Made by a program: the position numbers and the translations under genes
In this document: piece by piece, positions 55,989 to 57,801 of the stretch
How positions within the stretch are numbered: the first letter of the stretch is position 1
How the letters are laid out: the number at the start of each line of letters is the position of its first letter
From: an uncultured Elusimicrobiales bacterium
GTDB lineage: Bacteria > Elusimicrobiota > Elusimicrobia > Elusimicrobiales > CAZFMJ01
Assembly (NCBI GenBank): GCA_964520045.1
Contig: CAZFMJ010000004.1
Coordinates: forward strand, 5,131-62,931
Reading direction: 5' to 3'
Length of the DNA stretch: 57,801 nucleotides
The notes under the pieces: generated by a model
The model's database searches: none
Told to the model about the DNA's origin: nothing
What the model saw: only the letters and a program-made list of their open reading frames with translations

Positions 55989-57575
55989 TTACCTTATAAT
56001 TCCTGATTGAATGAGTGTTTTGGGCTCCACCACAAGGTCAATTTTGCGTCCTTCAAACAGATTGCTGGTAATGACCTGCTCATAATTCCATTTAAGGAGC
56101 GTTTCCTTATAATCAGCCGTTCCCCGCGCCACTCCCTCAAAATCGAAAATAGATGCGATTTTGCCTTCATCTGATACTATATAACTGTCATACTGCTCCC
56201 AATAAGTCCCGACAGCGCCGTATGTCAGCCTTATTTTATCATGCAGAAGCAGTCCATCAGGTAAAATATCGCTATTGGTTGCAGGAAGCGGGTTTGCGGC
56301 GGAAAGCTGGCCATTGTCGCCTATATATTTATAGAGCGCATTATTCGCATAGCTTTGTATTCCGGTTCCTGCCGCGCCGTTATACGCTGTAATTCCAACG
56401 GCGGGTTCCCATGAATTAAATGTAACCTGCGAACCCGAACCGCCTTTGTATTTTATCGCATAGTTGTCAAACAGCGTCCTGTAATACGCCCCGGTCACTG
56501 CATCATAGTTATTGGTCTGCGAATTGAAATAAAACGCGACATCATCCGTATTATCCCCATTTGCATTTACATTGACCTGATGCCCGCCCAAAGCGTTTTC
56601 CTGTACAGTATCGATCAGATTAGACCTTCCGGTTTCATAGGCGGTCAGGTTATAGGCGCAGGCGGAACCGGCACATCCGCCCATCTGCCTGAGAGCCACG
56701 CTCAAATCGGAAGGAAGAGCCGTATTAAAGGTTCCCAGATAGTAAAAATAGTCAAACCGGCTCTCCCTTTCATTTAATACCACCAGCTTGAATTGATCCA
56801 GCTGGTTTTTGGGCCTCATTATATACTGCTCAAGCCGCACTCTTTTGCCGAAGGCGTCTATCATGCTTTTGCCCAATTGATATTCCGCAAGCTTCATTTC
56901 CTCCGCCGCGGCCGCCTGCACTTCCTCTTTTGTCATATTAAGGGAAATTTCGCTTTTTACCGCCTGCTTAGTGTCTTCGCTCTGCTGTTTCTGGTATTCC
57001 TGCCCCGACACCGCGGAACCCAGCCCGCGCTCATCCACCTTTATATGCTGGCCTTCGTTAAGCAGGGTCTCGTTGCCCATCGTGTCCTGAACGGCAAGGG
57101 CTCCGCTAAAAAGGTCTATGTTGGTATTATTGCCGTCGACATCTACGGTGAATTCCGTTCCGCGCACGGAGCAGACCGCCGTGGGAGTGCGCACTCTGAA
57201 ATTTCTCTGGGCCACTTTTTTGACCCACGCCTTCATCCAGCCGAAATTAAGCTTCATGCCGGAATCGTTTTTATCCGAGCCGTCTTTCTCAAGCACATAA
57301 AAAGACGACGACCCAAGTTCCACCCTTGAGCCGTCACTAAAATTCACCTGAGTGCGTCCGCGCCAATTGGTTCTTACCGAATCCCCGGGCTGAATTACGG
57401 CGGAATCATCCGCTCTGCTCCAGTCCGGCATGCTTGCGCGTTTTATTTCAACTTTTCCGGAAATTCCGGTAAGCCATGCGGCGTTTAACGCCCCGCCTGA
57501 AAGAAAAAATACGCAAAAAAGAAAAAGGAAACACAATGAAAAACGAAAGGAATAGCCTTTAGGATAACTGGTCAT
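55989..57575 (-). CDS. FecR-domain protein with a long unrecognised C-terminal region
   Basis: GGGAGG RBS; N-terminal signal/TM; GDSVRT...FSDGSRVEL...VRTPTAVCSVRGTEF FecR motif. Confidence 0.8.
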   Translation of the reverse strand: MTSYPKGYSFRFSLCFLFLFCVFFLSGGALNAAWLTGISGKVEIKRASMPDWSRADDSAVIQPGDSVRTNWRGRTQVNFSDGSRVELGSSSFYVLEKDGSDKNDSGMKLNFGWMKAWVKKVAQRNFRVRTPTAVCSVRGTEFTVDVDGNNTNIDLFSGALAVQDTMGNETLLNEGQHIKVDERGLGSAVSGQEYQKQQSEDTKQAVKSEISLNMTKEEVQAAAAEEMKLAEYQLGKSMIDAFGKRVRLEQYIMRPKNQLDQFKLVVLNERESRFDYFYYLGTFNTALPSDLSVALRQMGGCAGSACAYNLTAYETGRSNLIDTVQENALGGHQVNVNANGDNTDDVAFYFNSQTNNYDAVTGAYYRTLFDNYAIKYKGGSGSQVTFNSWEPAVGITAYNGAAGTGIQSYANNALYKYIGDNGQLSAANPLPATNSDILPDGLLLHDKIRLTYGAVGTYWEQYDSYIVSDEGKIASIFDFEGVARGTADYKETLLKWNYEQVITSNLFEGRKIDLVVEPKTLIQSGIIR

Positions 57576-57801
57576 TCGCCCCTCCCTTTATCCATCAGAT
57601 TTTCAGTACCATCAATTTATGCAAAAAAGGTCAAAACTTGTCAAGTCTTTTTTAGGCTTCGTCTAACCGACGTATTCCGCTGTTTTACCGACGGAAAAAT
57701 CCCGCAATATCCTGGCGAAACAATATGAGCGCTTGTTCTATTATTTCACCGCGTCCGCTATAAGGTTATCAGCCAGATTCCTATCGCCACGAAAGCCGTG
57801 C

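Noticed and set aside
57614-57644. Sigma70 promoter for the FecR/giant-protein locus (minus-strand TTGACA at 57644-57639)
   Set aside because: The best -10 candidate (TAAATT) is at 19-nt spacing; plausible but not well supported.
57758-57801. Possible 3' end of a minus-strand membrane protein gene (...TAFVAIGIWLITL*)
   Set aside because: Only 13 codons are visible at the window edge, too little to support a call.

Overview
Bacterial chromosomal window of moderate GC, tentatively Elusimicrobiota-like (inferred from gene content only). The left ~33 kb is mostly housekeeping: a TetR-led YbhGFSR/TolC-type ABC efflux operon, a B12-binding radical SAM enzyme, an exported PLD-family protein, an ornithine cyclodeaminase-family enzyme, an LpqC-like esterase, tRNA-Tyr(GTA), MFS-pyrBCDFE, nusB-ligA-purH-like, tdh-kbl, DUF4912-GH57 and glnA. 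The right ~24 kb is a co-oriented four-gene locus: FecR-domain protein, outer-membrane beta-barrel, a 6,763-aa secreted modular giant protein with a FlgD-Ig/T9SS-like C-terminal domain, and a PorV-like barrel. This suggests a T9SS-like export or display system for a giant adhesin. A second signal is a set of degenerate 7-, 8- and 9-nt tandem repeats in many intergenic gaps. They form inverted arms with a mostly consistent polarity relative to gene ends and starts, supply stop codons, and run into coding termini. The PurH-like and DUF2064-like proteins lack canonical catalytic motifs. All calls come from reading the sequence and the ORF track; no database searches were run.
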